A stretch of 64,000 nt of DNA, from contig OX597815.1 in the NCBI GenBank assembly GCA_951406725.2, positions 19,158,001-19,222,000 of the forward strand. The letters are read 5' to 3'. The notes beneath the pieces are model-generated. The model saw only the letters and a program-made list of their open reading frames with translations. It was not told where the DNA came from and did no database searches. Positions 13,331 through 26,807 of this stretch are shown here, in pieces; position 1 is the first letter of the stretch; every line of letters begins with the position of its first letter. Origin of the DNA: Octopus vulgaris. Its lineage: Eukaryota. The position numbers were made by a program, and so were the translations under genes.

Positions 13331-13747
13331 ATTTATCTCTGTAACAGGGATACAAATTTTAAAATAATGTAGCCTCTTGCAAAATATTAACAATAATTCC
13401 TAGCGAATTTCTTTATGAGTTTCTCTTTATTTTCTGACTTTAAGTTTGACATAATGGCAGCACTGTCTTCAAAAATGTGAACGACCAGAAGAACATATTA
13501 ATGACATCTTAAAAGTTCGATCTATGGCAGTTTGAAATGTATTGACATTAACTGTTCCACTGTAATATGGTGATGAGTACGAGTTCGCACTGAAACATTT
13601 ACAAACGAAAGATCATTTAATGACGATTTTTTAAATCGTTAGGCAGATATCAGCACGGATCAGTAAATCTTAGATTTCCTTGTCTGGAGGTGCTTCAGGA
13701 TGACCAGACACAACATGCTGAAACAAGAGTGTCCCAGAATGCATTTT

Positions 13748-13851
<104 letters not shown>

Positions 13852-14091
13852 GAAGATATTAATGAAACAGCTGATGAAATACTAAAACGGATTTGGAGTA
13901 GTTCGTTATATTGCACTCTAGTTGAAAATAAATGTGTGTATGTCTCTGTGTGTGCGTGGATGTGTATATACTATATATATATATATATATGTAGAAGGTT
14001 GAAAAGGAACGCACGGGTTGATATGTATTGAAAAAAAGTCAAGGTAGTAAATGCTAAAATAAAATTACTTACATATATATATATATATATA

Positions 14092-14387
14092 ACAGGCCTA
14101 CGATGATTAACCAGCGGGGTGGCGTCATTGAAGGCTGAAAATAATGCGAAGCGCATTGTGACCAGCGATGTTTTTTGTAACATCTGATAGCCTGGTAGGT
14201 CACGGTTTGTATTTTTATACATATAATAATAATAATAATAACCCCCTATCGGTATGAATGACCATATATATATAGGCCTTCCCGCTTAGCCAGCGGGGTG
14301 GCGTCATTTGAAGGCTAAAATAATGCGAAGCGCATTGTGACCAGCGATGTGTAGCAACATCTGATAGCCTGGTAGGTCACGGTGATA
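14092..14387 (+). mobile_element. Two family E repeat copies (14092-14210, 14273-14387)
   Basis: ccagcggggtggcgtcatt...gcgaagcgcattgtgaccagcgatgt...ctgatagcctggtaggtcacggt present twice. Confidence 0.8.
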
Positions 14388-14402
14388 TATATATATACAT
14401 AT

Positions 14403-14544
14403 TCTACAGCTGAGTGAACTGGAGCAACATAAATAAAGTGCCTTGCTGAGAGAACACAACACGCAGCCCGAAATGTCCGGGATTTTTGGCTCTACAACCT
14501 CACGATCGTAAGCTCGACGCTCTAACCACTGAGCCATGCGCCTT

Positions 14545-14547
<3 letters not shown>
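14403..14547 (-). mobile_element. Family C-like SINE head plus CORE-like fragment
   Basis: Minus strand gtgaaggcgcatggctcagtggttagagcgtcgagc...gcaaggcactttatttatgttgctccagttcactcagctg. Confidence 0.75.
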
Positions 14548-14616
<69 letters not shown>

Positions 14617-15057
14617 AAGAAAGGGAGAGAGAATGAGAGTGAGAGTGAACGAGCGAGAGAAAAAATAAATGAGTAAAGACTTGCATGCGCACTGAACAAC
14701 ATTCATATGAAATTTATATGCAAATCCATATATTCAGCTACGATCGTATGTAGATCAAATGCAAAATTTCACTGTATTCTCACGGAAAGTATAAGAGCAG
14801 CTGATCATTGACAGGGTGACGTGTATTGTGAGGATCTCATCGGCTTAAAAGCCTCACATATTTCCTGCTGAAACTCTTATACTTTTCAAGCTTGCATTGC
14901 AAACGATGTTTGTTTTTTTATAAAATATTTATTTAGTTTAAATATGTTAATGCTTCACAATAACAACCACAAAGTTAAATCACACTGCCTCCTCCCTCCT
15001 GCCTCTCCGTCTACAAGTTTTCAATGGTTTAGAACAAATCAAAAAGTCTTTAGAATT

Positions 15058-15357
15058 CCTCTTCTTCTTCTTCTTCTTCTTCTCCTCCTCCTCCTCCTTC
15101 TTCTTCTTCTTCTTCTTTTTTTCTTCTTCTTCTTCTCCTCCTCCTCCTTCTTCTTCTTCTTTTTTTTTCTTCTTCTTCTTCTTCTCCTCCTCCTCCTCCT
15201 TCTTCTTCTTCTCCTCCTCCTCCTCCTCCTCCTCCTTCTTCTTCTTCTTCTTCTTCTTCTTCGTCTTCGTCGTCGTCGTCTTCTTCTTCTTCTTCTTCTT
15301 CTTCTTCTTCTTCTTCTTCTTCGTCGTCGTCGTTGTCGTCGTCTTCTTCATCTTCTT
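15058..15357. repeat. Compound (CTT)/(CTC)/(CGT) trinucleotide array
   Basis: Directly visible; accounts for ORFs 14944..15543 and 14980..15351. Confidence 0.95.
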
Positions 15358-15367
15358 GTTACAGGTA

Positions 15368-16208
15368 TTATTATTGTTGATATTTTCTCTTTATCACAGC
15401 TTTTGAGAAAGCTCCTGGAGTCTTGCATACGTAACAGGCTTATTACCTGCAACCTACTACGGTACCATGCTATTCGTTCTTTTCAGTTATCTAATACTTC
15501 CCTGTTTATTCTGGCCGTGCCAAAGAGGCATAAACTTTTGTAACAATCCTATTGGGCACTGTATTCCAATTTCCTTTATAAGCCTCTTAATGCCATCTGA
15601 TAATTCCCAAGGCCCGAACAATAATTAGCACTATCTTCACTTTCTTCAGTTTCCATAGCCTGGTTATTTCGTACTTAAGAAGGTTGTATTTATGTTTCTT
15701 TACGTCTTCCTTCTTAACTATTCGTGGGTCAAAGGGGCATGGAACCTCCTATACAGCATGTGGTTCACCTTGTCCACCACCACTATGTCCGGTTTCTTAT
15801 GCTCTAGCACCTGCTGTATTTCGATTGGGAAATCCCCAAAGATTTTTTATAGTGTCCGACTCCACCACTCTCTCTGATTTGTGCTCATTTCACGTCTTGC
15901 CTCTCTCTAGTCCCCACGTTTTGCACAGTCTCCAATGTAGCACATTCGTACTTCGTCATGTCGCCACAACTTGTAGTGGTTTGGGGCAAACCACTCTATT
16001 GCAGATGCGGCGCAGCAGAGACACTTGCTTATACCTCAGGTTGTCCCTCCACTTCGTGGCCAAAGCTTGGTCTTTCTCTGCCAGTCTCTATTTTTAGGGT
16101 TCATTTCATCAGCCAATCCCACATAATTTTTCCCAGCAACTTCTGTTGTGGCTACATGGAATTGATTGTGTAATTCCTTCTTGCGTAATTCTTCTTCATG
16201 TCCTTTTT

Positions 16209-16209
<1 letters not shown>
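15368..16209 (-). mobile_element. R4/Dong-clade non-LTR retrotransposon, 5'-truncated (RLE domain and 3' UTR), decayed
   Basis: Minus-strand pieces LHWRLCKTWG, EHKKPDIVVVDK, VPCPFDPRIVKKEDVKKHKYNLLKYEITRLW, GTARINREVL (PD-(D/E)xK RLE). 5' end abuts an (ATT)n array. Confidence 0.85.
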
Positions 16210-16273
<64 letters not shown>

Positions 16274-16276
<3 letters not shown>

Positions 16277-16349
16277 TAGTTTTATTTTTTATAGCGTGCT
16301 TTCACTTCACTACCGAGCGCAGCTCTGTGTGCCTTGGGTATGTGCTGTG

Positions 16350-16350
<1 letters not shown>
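16274..16350 (-). mobile_element. Dong-like 3' tail-only fragment between two (ATT)n arrays
   Basis: Similar to the 3' end of the 16440-17193 element (ctgtRtgccttgggtRtgtgctgtg). Confidence 0.65.
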
Positions 16351-16397
<47 letters not shown>

Positions 16398-16439
16398 GTC
16401 TTTATTATTATTATTATTACTATTACTATTATTATTATT

Positions 16440-17193
16440 TAGTAGTCTTTCTTTTACGTTCTTTCAGTACACTAGCGGTCACAGTTCTGTATGCCTTGGG
16501 TGTGTGCTGTGGTTTGTTGTGATGCTCTCATTTTTACTGTATTGAAGGTGTTTTACGTACGATGTGTGTGGTGTCTGGTAGTACTATTTTTTGTATGTTA
16601 TATACACTTGCTCGTCCTGGTGGTTCTGTCATGTGTTTGTCTGAATATTTTTTTATCATACCTAATGCGCCCACTATGATAGAATTGTTTCTGTTATTAG
16701 ATTCCACATTCGAGTTACCTCTGTTTCCAGGTCTTTCTATTTTGAAAGTTTCTCTGTTTCTTTTAGAGAAACTTTGTCATATTTTGGTATTGATACATTA
16801 ATTAGAAAATATTTTCTTCGTGATCTCTGACAATATCTGGCCTATTGGTCGTAATTTCTCTATCTGTGTGTATTGGCATATCCCAGAGTATTGTTGCTTT
16901 CCCATTTTCAGGGACCTTCTCTGGGGTGTGGCTATAACATATTTTTTCTGTTGTTATTCCATAGTGTTGGCACAGCTTCCAGCGTATATAGATCCCACCT
17001 GTGCCTGTGAATATATTCCTTCTTAGCTTGGGATGGGCAGCCAGAGACGCTACGATTTATTGTTTCTTGTACATCTCTACATATTTTGCAGATAGTTGTT
17101 ATATTTCTTTTCATTACATGCTGTTTTGGTCATTTCTGGTGAGGAGGCATTGGTCTTGTGCTGCAATTAAAAATCCTTCATTCTCTGGTTTAT
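16440..17193 (-). mobile_element. R4/Dong-clade element, 5'-truncated (zinc knuckle and RLE)
   Basis: KPENEGFLIAAQDQCLLTRN, CKICRDVQETINRSVSGCPSQAKKEYIHRH and NRPDIV motifs. Flanked on both sides by (ATT)n. Confidence 0.88.
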
Positions 17194-17212
17194 TATAATA
17201 ATAATAATAATA

Positions 17213-17286
<74 letters not shown>

Positions 17287-17287
<1 letters not shown>

Positions 17288-17565
17288 CACAGAACGGATT
17301 AGACTGATAGAAAGAAAAATTCCTAAGATCGGCCAACAAGTAATCTTAGCTGCCAAGAACGCTCCTAAGTATTCAAGATGTCCCTAATTAAACTGCTTCT
17401 TGGGGCTGTATTAAATTGGGTTTTATACCTATTTCCTCTATACATCTGTTTAAATCTTTGGGGATAGTTCCTAATGCACCTATAAATACTGGGATGTATT
17501 TTACCCGCACTTTCCATACTCTCTGTAATTCAATGGTTAGGAAATTTGCTTTTTTTTCTATACCT
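17287..17565 (-). mobile_element. R4/Dong-clade 3' fragment
   Basis: IELQRVWKVRVKYIPVFIGALGTIPKDL C-terminal motif, between ATT-rich arrays. Confidence 0.8.
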
Positions 17566-18242
17566 TATTATTATCATTTTAGTATTACTATTATTAATAT
17601 TATTATCATTATTGTTATTATTATTTTATGTTTGAGTGAGATGTGATCATTTTCAAGCAATGGAAGAGGTTTTTGTTCCCACTAGATTTTATCATGGGGC
17701 TGATCCAGGCTTTCGCAAATTACCCGGTGAATACATTGTGCAGCTCTATCATGTCTGTTGAGATACTCTATTATTATTATCGTTATTATTATTATCATTA
17801 TTATCATTATCATTATTATTATTATTATATCATCAACATCACCATCATTGTCATCAGTATCATCACCAATATTCTTGCAGCTGTTTTGTATGTTAGGTCT
17901 TTTTATTTGTATATTTGTTTTGTTTGTAAATATCTTTAGTGAAATAATAATGAAACGAAGTGAAAAGTATAATGAAATAAAAAATAATTAAAGATAAATA
18001 ATAAAAACTATTTCACGAGACATTCGCTATGTGGTAAAAAAAAATCACTCTACTTGTAATGAACTCTATATATAGATTTTCCCCCAATCCCTTCTGTCAA
18101 TCTAGAAGACTCTTCAGTTTTCATTCCGAATTTTTTTTTTCTAATATATTTTTTAACATAAATTTTCTTACATTTTTCTTCACAAAGGATGTGAAAAATA
18201 ATTTCTAAATTGATATTTTGTGTCATACATATGCGTATATGC

Positions 18243-18420
18243 ATACATACATAAATACATACATAAATACATACATACATACATACATACATACATACAT
18301 ACATACATACATACATACATACATACATACATACATACATACATACATACATACATACATACATACATACATACATACGTAAGTACATACATACATACAT
18401 ATATACATATATACATACAC
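18243..18420. repeat. (TACA)n tetranucleotide microsatellite
   Basis: Directly visible. Confidence 0.95.
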
Positions 18421-18982
18421 GCACTGACACATATATATGCGTATGTGTGTGCGAAAACGTGTTTCTTCCTTTCTGTTTAGGGACCATACATTGAATGCAG
18501 CAGCGAAGAGATAATGTCAGTTCATTTCCCTCATATAAAAAACAATTCTTGACTTTTTAATTATTAACATCGACGGCTTCCAGTATAAAACACTCATCTT
18601 TGACAGAAGACTTTTATTTTCTGTCTTGTGATGCCTTATTTGCATAAAGTAGTCGTTAAGTGCCTAGCGACGAATATGACAGTCATTTTTCGTGACGAAT
18701 ATATTATTCGCTTTCCTTTCAAATGAAAAATTCTTTTCTGACAACTAAATGAATTTGTAAGGTTAGTTCAATTATCACCTTTTTAAGGTTGGATCACTTG
18801 TCACCTAGGAATATATAGTTTATTCCTGCATGAACACCTGTTTTCTTGTTGTAGTTTATGTGTGTTATGTGTGATTATATTTTTTAAATTGGTAGTTGAA
18901 CTAAAACCAATTTTTAAATTGTGTTTATTGAAGAGTTTCCTCTTGAGGTCTCTTTCTTTCTTTTGTTATCTTACCATTTTTA

Positions 18983-19081
<99 letters not shown>

Positions 19082-20651
19082 TTGGCAATTATGCAATATT
19101 TAGACAATGTTTAATTGGGTTTATGACTCAAAGCTGTTTTAAGTATAAAACCATAACATTTACAGATGGGGAACCGTAATACAGAAAGTTATATCATAAT
19201 CTATTATATCTTTCGTTTTCAGTAGGATTTAAAGTTTCACCTGTTTCACCTGTGATCAATATAGGCTTACATACATTGTAGCTGCATGGGATGAGATGAG
19301 TATGGCTTTATTGCTTTTATTAACTGACCCACTCTTTTACAAATACCTGGGTTTAACAGCGCACTATATCAACATCGTTTTTCCAACAAATATTTTAGGA
19401 AGACCTTGCATAGGAGACCAGGTCTGAAAAACTTATCGTTCGAATATGTACACATGATGCCTGTAGACTCAACATTACATCTATAGAGTATTGTCACGTT
19501 TTGAGTCTAGCTTTGATTGTGCTCTGTCATTCGTTGATGGGTTTTAGTACCTATATTGTATTGTAGAAAATGTTTGGTAGTAACAAGATAATATTGTTTT
19601 ATCTACAAAATATGCTCCATTCCGCACGTTGTCGCGTATATTGCAAGCTTTACATATTATATCAGCTTGAACCCTCACACAGAGAATTGTGTACCTGAAA
19701 GCAACAAACCGTTTTTTCTCACAATAATAGATTGTAATTGCTTTATGTCAGGTGTGTGGAGTTACATGATTTATATTTCCCAATCCGTTGCCTAGCATTT
19801 ACAAGATTTACTATTGTTATATTTGCTTATCAAGGCAATATTTATGCTTTATTCAATGACACGTATTTTCTGTATATCGTTTACTTAAACGTGCTGCACC
19901 TTTCAAATAGAATGACTGTTTATCAAATCGAACGTAAGATTTGTTAGCAATGAGAAATACGACTTTCTACTTCATTTATGTTAATCACATAACAACACTA
20001 TTTCAGACAGCTTTATACGTTCTTAATTAACATTTTATATATGTTAAATTTTACATTTGAAGAAGGGCACGTCGGTCTATATACATGTAAATTTTGTATG
20101 ATAATTATTAAAAGAGGAAATGAGGAATCTGAAAGTTATCAGCTAAACCAAAAATGTAAACAGTCGGATTCCAGTGTTCATCAATACCAATTTTAGAACA
20201 TAGAAAATGGGTGATCTCTTAGATTTACATACTAGAATTTTCAAGAACACCTCGAATAACGTTATTTGATTTTCAGAACGTCATTTCCTTTTACCATCAG
20301 AAATCGAATATAATAGTAATATAAGAATTTGTTCATCCGTCTACCTGCTGTGAAAAGTGCTGAATGCTATGAACACTTTACTTTAGATTACTCCAACAAA
20401 TGACCATCGCTGTATGACGCCTTTGATAAGAAACCTAGTAGAAAACTCGAAGAATAAGTTTCATTTTAGGTCTGGTGTTATAACGCTATAAATGCGAGTT
20501 TCAAAATATATTTTTCTTTTCAAATTCCATTTAAAACTGACAGAAATTACAATGTTATATTAAGCGATATAATTCCTATAATTTCAAAAGATTGGCAATA
20601 TTACAACGGAGCTAAAGGAATACAGATAATCTGAAGTAGCTTTATACATAC

Positions 20652-20738
<87 letters not shown>

Positions 20739-20805
20739 ACTTATGCACACACACTCACGCACAAATTCACACATACACACAAACACGCATGTATATTCAT
20801 ATTCA

Positions 20806-21115
20806 AAGGTCGGCGAGGTGGCAGAAACGTTAGCACGCCGGGCGAAATGCGTAACAGTATTTCGTCTGCCGTTACGTTCTGTGTTCAAATTCCGCCGAGG
20901 TCGACTTTGCCCGTGTGGGTAGTAAAGAAATAGGTATTTCGTCTGCCGTTACGCTCTGACTTTAAATTCCGTCGAGGTCGACTTTGTCTTTCATCCTTTC
21001 GGGGTCGATTAAATAAGTACCAGTTACGCACTGGGGTCGATATAATCGACTTCATCCGTTTGTCTGTCCTTGTTTGTCCCTTCTATGTTTAGCCCCTTGT
21101 GGGCAATAAAGAAAT
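20806..21115 (+). mobile_element. Family A SINE dimer (first unit internally deleted)
   Basis: TSD aacacgcatgt(a/g)tattcatat at 20782-20802 and 21116-21136. Second unit restarts at ggtatttcgtctg. Confidence 0.88.
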
Positions 21116-21621
21116 AACACGCATGTGTATTCATATATGTGTAGGATTACATTTTCAAATAGTTCGTTGCTCAGACTATATGTCTAAAGCGTTGAGTACT
21201 CCTTGTAAGAGTTTGCCTGATAAAAACAATGCTCATGACGTTGTTTATTGCCGTCAGATCATTCGCATGAGGTACTCACATGCAGTCTTATAGTGACATG
21301 AGTGTTACATACACAGAAATACGAGTATGTATGCACGAGCACACATACACACGTACACACACATACAAACACACATTCACATACACAGACTCACAGACGG
21401 GCATACATGTGTATGTAAATATATATTCACATACACATACATTCGCACGTTTTTATATTGCTGCAGTTTTAACAATGCACATACATTATGTTATGTTGGA
21501 CAGGTGCCTTAGGTCAGACGAAGTCTTTTGAGTGAAACTAGATTGATAGAAGCTGAATTGGAGTTCTTTGGTGCGACAAATATCCAGATTTGTCGTCATC
21601 AGTATGGCTACATTCCAAATG

Positions 21622-21930
21622 TGGAGGCACATGGCCTAGTGAATAGAGCAGCGGACTCGCGGTCGAGGAATCGCAGGTTCGAATCTCAGACCGGGCGATG
21701 TGTGTGTTTATGAGCGAAACACCTAAGCTCCACGCGGCTCCGGCAGAAGGTAATGGCGAACTTCTGCTGACTCTTTTGCCACAACTTTCTCTCATTCTTT
21801 CCTCCTGCATCTTGCAGCTCACCTACGACGGACCGGTGCCATGTCCAGGTGGGGGGCCTATACGCCAAAGAAACCGGGAAACGGGCCCTTATGAGCCAGG
21901 CATGGCTTGAGAAGGAACAAACATAAACAT
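21622..21930 (+). mobile_element. Family B-head SINE with V-like domain and family C-type tail
   Basis: Head matches 8995-9381; 3' half cctacgacggaccgg..gtccagg..atacgccaaagaaaccgggaaac..gagaagg. TSD ctacattcca(a/g)atg at 21608-21621 and 21931-21944. Confidence 0.85.
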
Positions 21931-22329
21931 CTACATTCCAGATGCCAAGTGTCCGAACACATCCTCTAGAAGTCAAGGAAAGTAAGCAAAGGTATTCTCA
22001 GGAAAAAATTGTGCATGACAATAAGGTAAGACATCCTGATATCCCTGATGCTATTAGACGGGAAAATGTACATTCTTTCACATTACTGAAGAGGTAAACT
22101 CTGACATCGCTATACATTAGTCGACTAAGCAGTCAAAAAGTAATCGTTAGCATGCTCTGCATGGCACTGGAACTTTCCTTATTTACGTTCTGCCAGCAAG
22201 GCGAGACAGTAATGGGTGGCGCGATTGTGTCAAGCAAATCCCTGCAAGCCTAATCAGACGAAGAGATATTCATTCATCATTTCCTTCTAGTTCATTTGTG
22301 ATGACTGTGATGGTGGTGGAGTTGAGGTG

Positions 22330-22945
22330 CATTCAATCCCATTGTTCTTTTACTTGACAACAACACCCACGTTTTCTGCTACAACAATACTTGCTGCCTT
22401 GATCAAATTATTTGTTTCTGTGATGTTGTTTCTTCTGATATATTTCAGGATTTCATTGACATTTTTCCTTTCTTGGTTCAATTTCCAGCGATCAACCTTT
22501 TTAAGGTTGCAAATAATGTCGCTATTGTTCTCCTGTAATCTTGCCTTTACTCTGACGTAGATTGCCTATTGTTCATCTGTCATATCGCCATTAGTTTAAT
22601 TGTCTTCTTTCAGATCATCTAATGTCTCTCATCAAGTAAGCTACCACTGCTCCTTTCCTGTGCTATGAGATTACTTTTATTAGTAAGAATCGTAATCTCC
22701 GCTTGTTTTTCAGTACCCGTCTTTTGATAGCTTCGAGCTCTACTTCTGTGAACCAACGATTTTTCTTATTACTCAAGCTTTGTCACATAGTCTCTGTTCC
22801 ATAAGTTGAAACAATCCCTTCTCTCTCCAGTGATCATACATACGTTGTCAGTAACCCCTAAATTGAGCACCATTATCATCTACAGGTTTCCTCAGGTAGT
22901 AACATTCCATGACCACATCATTAATTTGCTTGCTCCATCTACACC

Positions 22946-22947
<2 letters not shown>
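22330..22947 (-). mobile_element. R4/Dong-clade N-terminal ORF fragment
   Basis: RWSKQINDVVMECYYLRKP...RGY*QRMYDHWREKGLFQLMEQRLCDKA...WFTEVELEAIKRR resembles the R4/Dong N-terminus. Begins at the (TAA)n array. Confidence 0.75.
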
Positions 22948-23016
<69 letters not shown>

Positions 23017-23030
23017 GTTATTATTATCAA

Positions 23031-23114
<84 letters not shown>

Positions 23115-23131
23115 CATTATTATTATTATCA
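22948..23131. repeat. (ATT)n array
   Basis: Directly visible. Confidence 0.95.
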
Positions 23132-23132
23132 T

Positions 23133-23830
23133 ACCCCTAGGTATTTATAGCTCTCCGCTGGTTCTAACTCTTTTATGGCATTCTGCTGGTCAAGGTCAAC
23201 GTTAGATGTTTCTGTCATTTTTCCTTTAATAAAGATAGCTTTACACATTTATCGTGGCCAAATTGCATCCTGATGTCATCACTGAATTGTTTCACAATTG
23301 CTAGTAAGCCCTTGAGTTGTTGGTCATTTTTTGAAAAGAGCTTTAAATCTTCCGTGTAAATGAGATGATTTATATTTTTATCAAATATTTTATAACCGTA
23401 CTGTACATCATTCAGCAATTTCGAGAGAGGTATTAAGGCTAGACAACAGAGGAGCGAGTTACCGTGGAAAATACCAGATGAAATTCTTACATCACTAACA
23501 TTTAGAGATTCATTGTCATTGCTCAAAGTCAGTGTGGTTCTCCATGATCTCATGTTTACAGACAAAAGGTTTCGCAAAGTAAGAGCTATTTTATACATTT
23601 CCAGACATTTCTTAATCCAGCTATGTGGTAGGCTATCAAAAGCTTTTTATAGTCTATCTAGGCTATTGGCACGTTTTTGTGTAGTTTGTGACAATCTTAC
23701 AAGATCATGTTATTGATGAGTAGCTGATCTTTACAACCATAGGATCCACGTTTACATACTTTTTGCTCAGTAGGGAATATGCCACTTTCTATTAAAAAAA
23801 ATATTCAGTCAGGACAAATGTTAGCGTTTC
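23133..23830 (-). pseudogene. R4/Dong-type reverse transcriptase fragment
   Basis: ORF 23215..23598: GIFHGNSL..CLALIPLS, INHLIYTEDLKLF (decayed YMDD), FSDDIRMQFGHDKC. Upstream KRGSYGCKDQLLIN and DYKKAFDSLPHSWI. Confidence 0.9.
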
Positions 23831-24422
23831 AGGGTAACAGATCTGCATTCTTCTGTATTTTTTTGCGTTGATAGATTTATCTCCGAGCATAATTTTTTGT
23901 GGTGTTCTTAAAATTATCACTTGTTCACTCTGTCTGTATTAGTTTGAAAAATAAAAAGAAATGGTTTTGTTTTTGTTTTCGCTTCGTTTGTGACCCGTGT
24001 TTTCATATGCATGAATTTATGCCCTGTAAATTTCACATAGTTGTGTAAACATTGAGATGTATGTGTAGTCCTATGTGCCTCACAATGTATATATGATTGT
24101 GTGGACATTGGAGTGTATGCGAAATTATGTACTTACTGTTTTGTTCCATTTCTATTTTATAATTTGTAAACTTTCCGGTGTTGATTTCGCGTGTGTATCG
24201 TGCATAGCAGAAACTGTAGTTTGTATGGCAGTAAAATTTTGTTCTTATTTTGTTATTTTCATTAGAAGACCGCTTCCTTCAAGTCTTACACAGGTTCCTT
24301 TATCCGATTTCATCGATGTTATTAGATTAGATTTGTTTTTGAATGGGGAGTACATCCATGTTGTTATTCAGTGCGGGGCAATCTGTTCAGCCTGGGGCCA
24401 TCTTATTCAGCGTGGGGCTGGA

Positions 24423-24508
<86 letters not shown>

Positions 24509-24622
24509 CAAGGTCGACTTTACCTTTCATCCTTTCGGAGTCGATAAAGTATGTACCAGTTGAATGCTGGAATCGATGTAATCGACTTACTCCAGAACTC
24601 GAAATTGCTCGCCTCGTTCAAC
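24509..24622 (+). mobile_element. Family A-related SINE core fragment between (ATT)n arrays
   Basis: aggtcgactttacctttcatcctttcggagtcgataaa..gtaccag. Confidence 0.75.
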
Positions 24623-24623
24623 A

Positions 24624-24670
<47 letters not shown>

Positions 24671-26462
24671 TTCACCATCGTTATTATCATGTTCAACTGT
24701 TGTCAAACAGTTTATGCAGCTTAACTTGCTATTCAGTTGCAAATATAAACTGGATTAACGTTAGACTGGCAGAAAGGAGAAACAGAGGCAGAGACAAAGA
24801 AATTAAGACGAAGAAGAATTCGCTAAAAGAAAATGAAAACGAAGAAACGGTAAAAGATGATGATGATGATGATGATCATTACTATGATCATCATCATCAT
24901 CATTATCATAGTGAAAAAGAGGAGAAAGAGAGAGCGCGTGACTAAATGTAACGCAGCATGTGTATATCAATAGCACCGTAATCGGATTTTGAGAAGCTAT
25001 ATTGCTGCCATAAGTTATTCTTCAGCCAAAGACAGAAATTCAAGTGTTGAGAGAAAACAGGTCACCTATGAGCATACGCAGACACGGTTCTTTCGTTATC
25101 CACCTACAGTATTGAAGTCTCGTTTCTAGTAATCACTGGAGAGCGTGCTTCTAATACGTGTTAACGATGAATTCTGTGGTAAGTAATATACATGCATAAA
25201 CGAATAAATATACACGCACAAACGCACATATATGAAAGGATATATATCGTGTATCTGTAAATGTATGAGAGTGCGTTTATGTATATACACACATACACAC
25301 ACATATATATATATATATATATATGTATATGTATAGCTATATGTGTGTCTGCATGTGTTTGTGTGTGTGTGTTTATATGTATAGTTAAATACATGCATAT
25401 ATACTTATATGGGTATATATACGCGTGCGTATGTATATGTATGCGTATGTATTTATATACGGCTGTGAGTATTAAGTGGGTGTCTATATAGGTATATACG
25501 TGTGAGTACGTGTATGTGTTTAAAAAGTATATGCACGTGTATGGATGTTTGCGTGTACATATGCTTATATCATAAACGAATACGCTGAAGGGAGAGCAGG
25601 GGATAAAATGTATGCGTAAGTGAGAGACAGAAATTCACCGTGCGCGACGTATTAAACGAAGCATGTAATTCTCTCCGAACGGTATCCTATTGAATAAACG
25701 TCATAATATTCATGTTTACCTGCTCTTTTGGACACTCTGCAATTTCTGAGTCACAATGTCCAACTAATTATTTACACATTTAATGAAATATATATTTGTA
25801 TTTTTCTGCTATGAGCCTTTTATATACCGTGTCGCAATATACATTTTTTTATAGACGCATATACTTTTTTATAGATGCACTTTTTGTATATATATATATA
25901 TGCATTTTTTTATGCTTCAATTTTCTAGTTTGCTGCTCTTTGCTTTCAGGTAGATTTAATAAGTGAACCATCGCTGAGTTTGACCGATAGCTATGATTGC
26001 TTGATAATTTTCCAAACAAAAAAAAGCTTCACTTCTTTTTACTTTTAACGTACCATAATTTGAGTTACTGATGATTATTACTATATTCTTAAAGTCCAAG
26101 GATTTGCGTATATATCGACTTATATATTCTTTTCTGTATTTATATGTATACATGTTCATGTGTGTAAATGTGTGCGCATGTGTGTGTATGTGTATGTAAG
26201 ATTAATGTGGTGGAAATTTAACGACTACTATCATTTCTGTAACGACTACTATCATTTCTTAGCAACACGTGTCGTTCAGTTATTCAGTTTCCATCTAAAT
26301 GATATTCAGCTTCTTTTCTTATTCACCAGAATATCGCTCTCCAGGTAGACAGATTTTCTAAAAGCAAGAAGTTCATCACTCCTGAAATGGTCTTACTATT
26401 ATTTCTGATGAATATATATGCTTACGCACACACACACACACATACACACACATATTTACGCA

Positions 26463-26501
<39 letters not shown>

Positions 26502-26619
26502 CTCGCGTAGACTGAAACTTATTGCTGATATAGAGCAATATGCACTAGTTGTACAATATTATTGTATTATCTTCAGCGGAATCGTTTATCTCACGTCAGA
26601 TAAAATGTTCAGCTTCCAT

Positions 26620-26780
26620 TCATCTGGCTCTTTACGTTTTGAATTCAAATACCGGTGACAATTTCGACTTTCATCCTTTCGGGGGTCAATAATGTGAAGG
26701 ACCACTCAAGTACTAAGGACTATGTAATCATCTAAACCTCTTCCCTTCAATAACTGGCCTTGTACCAACATTTTAAACAA
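26620..26780 (+). mobile_element. Old family A-related SINE
   Basis: tttacgttttgaattcaaat...actttcatcctttcgggggtcaat. Confidence 0.6.
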
Positions 26781-26807
26781 TTTTCATAAAATAAGTATAC
26801 AAATAAA

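Noticed and set aside
14944-15543. Longest ORF (199 aa) and the many poly-I/Y/L/N, YI, CV and HT ORFs across the window
   Set aside because: They are translations of microsatellites with no domain content.
15368-17830. CRISPR-like alternation of repeats and unique spacers
   Set aside because: The repeats are variable-length (ATT)n and the spacers are Dong-like retrotransposon fragments; eukaryotic context, no cas genes.
22022-22032. AGGTAAG motif
   Set aside because: No polypyrimidine tract upstream, so it is not a ratchet-point candidate.
26219-26259. Small tandem duplications (21 bp here; 10-mer x3 at 12873; 29596-29690; ~43 bp at 37281)
   Set aside because: Ordinary slippage products with no sign of function.
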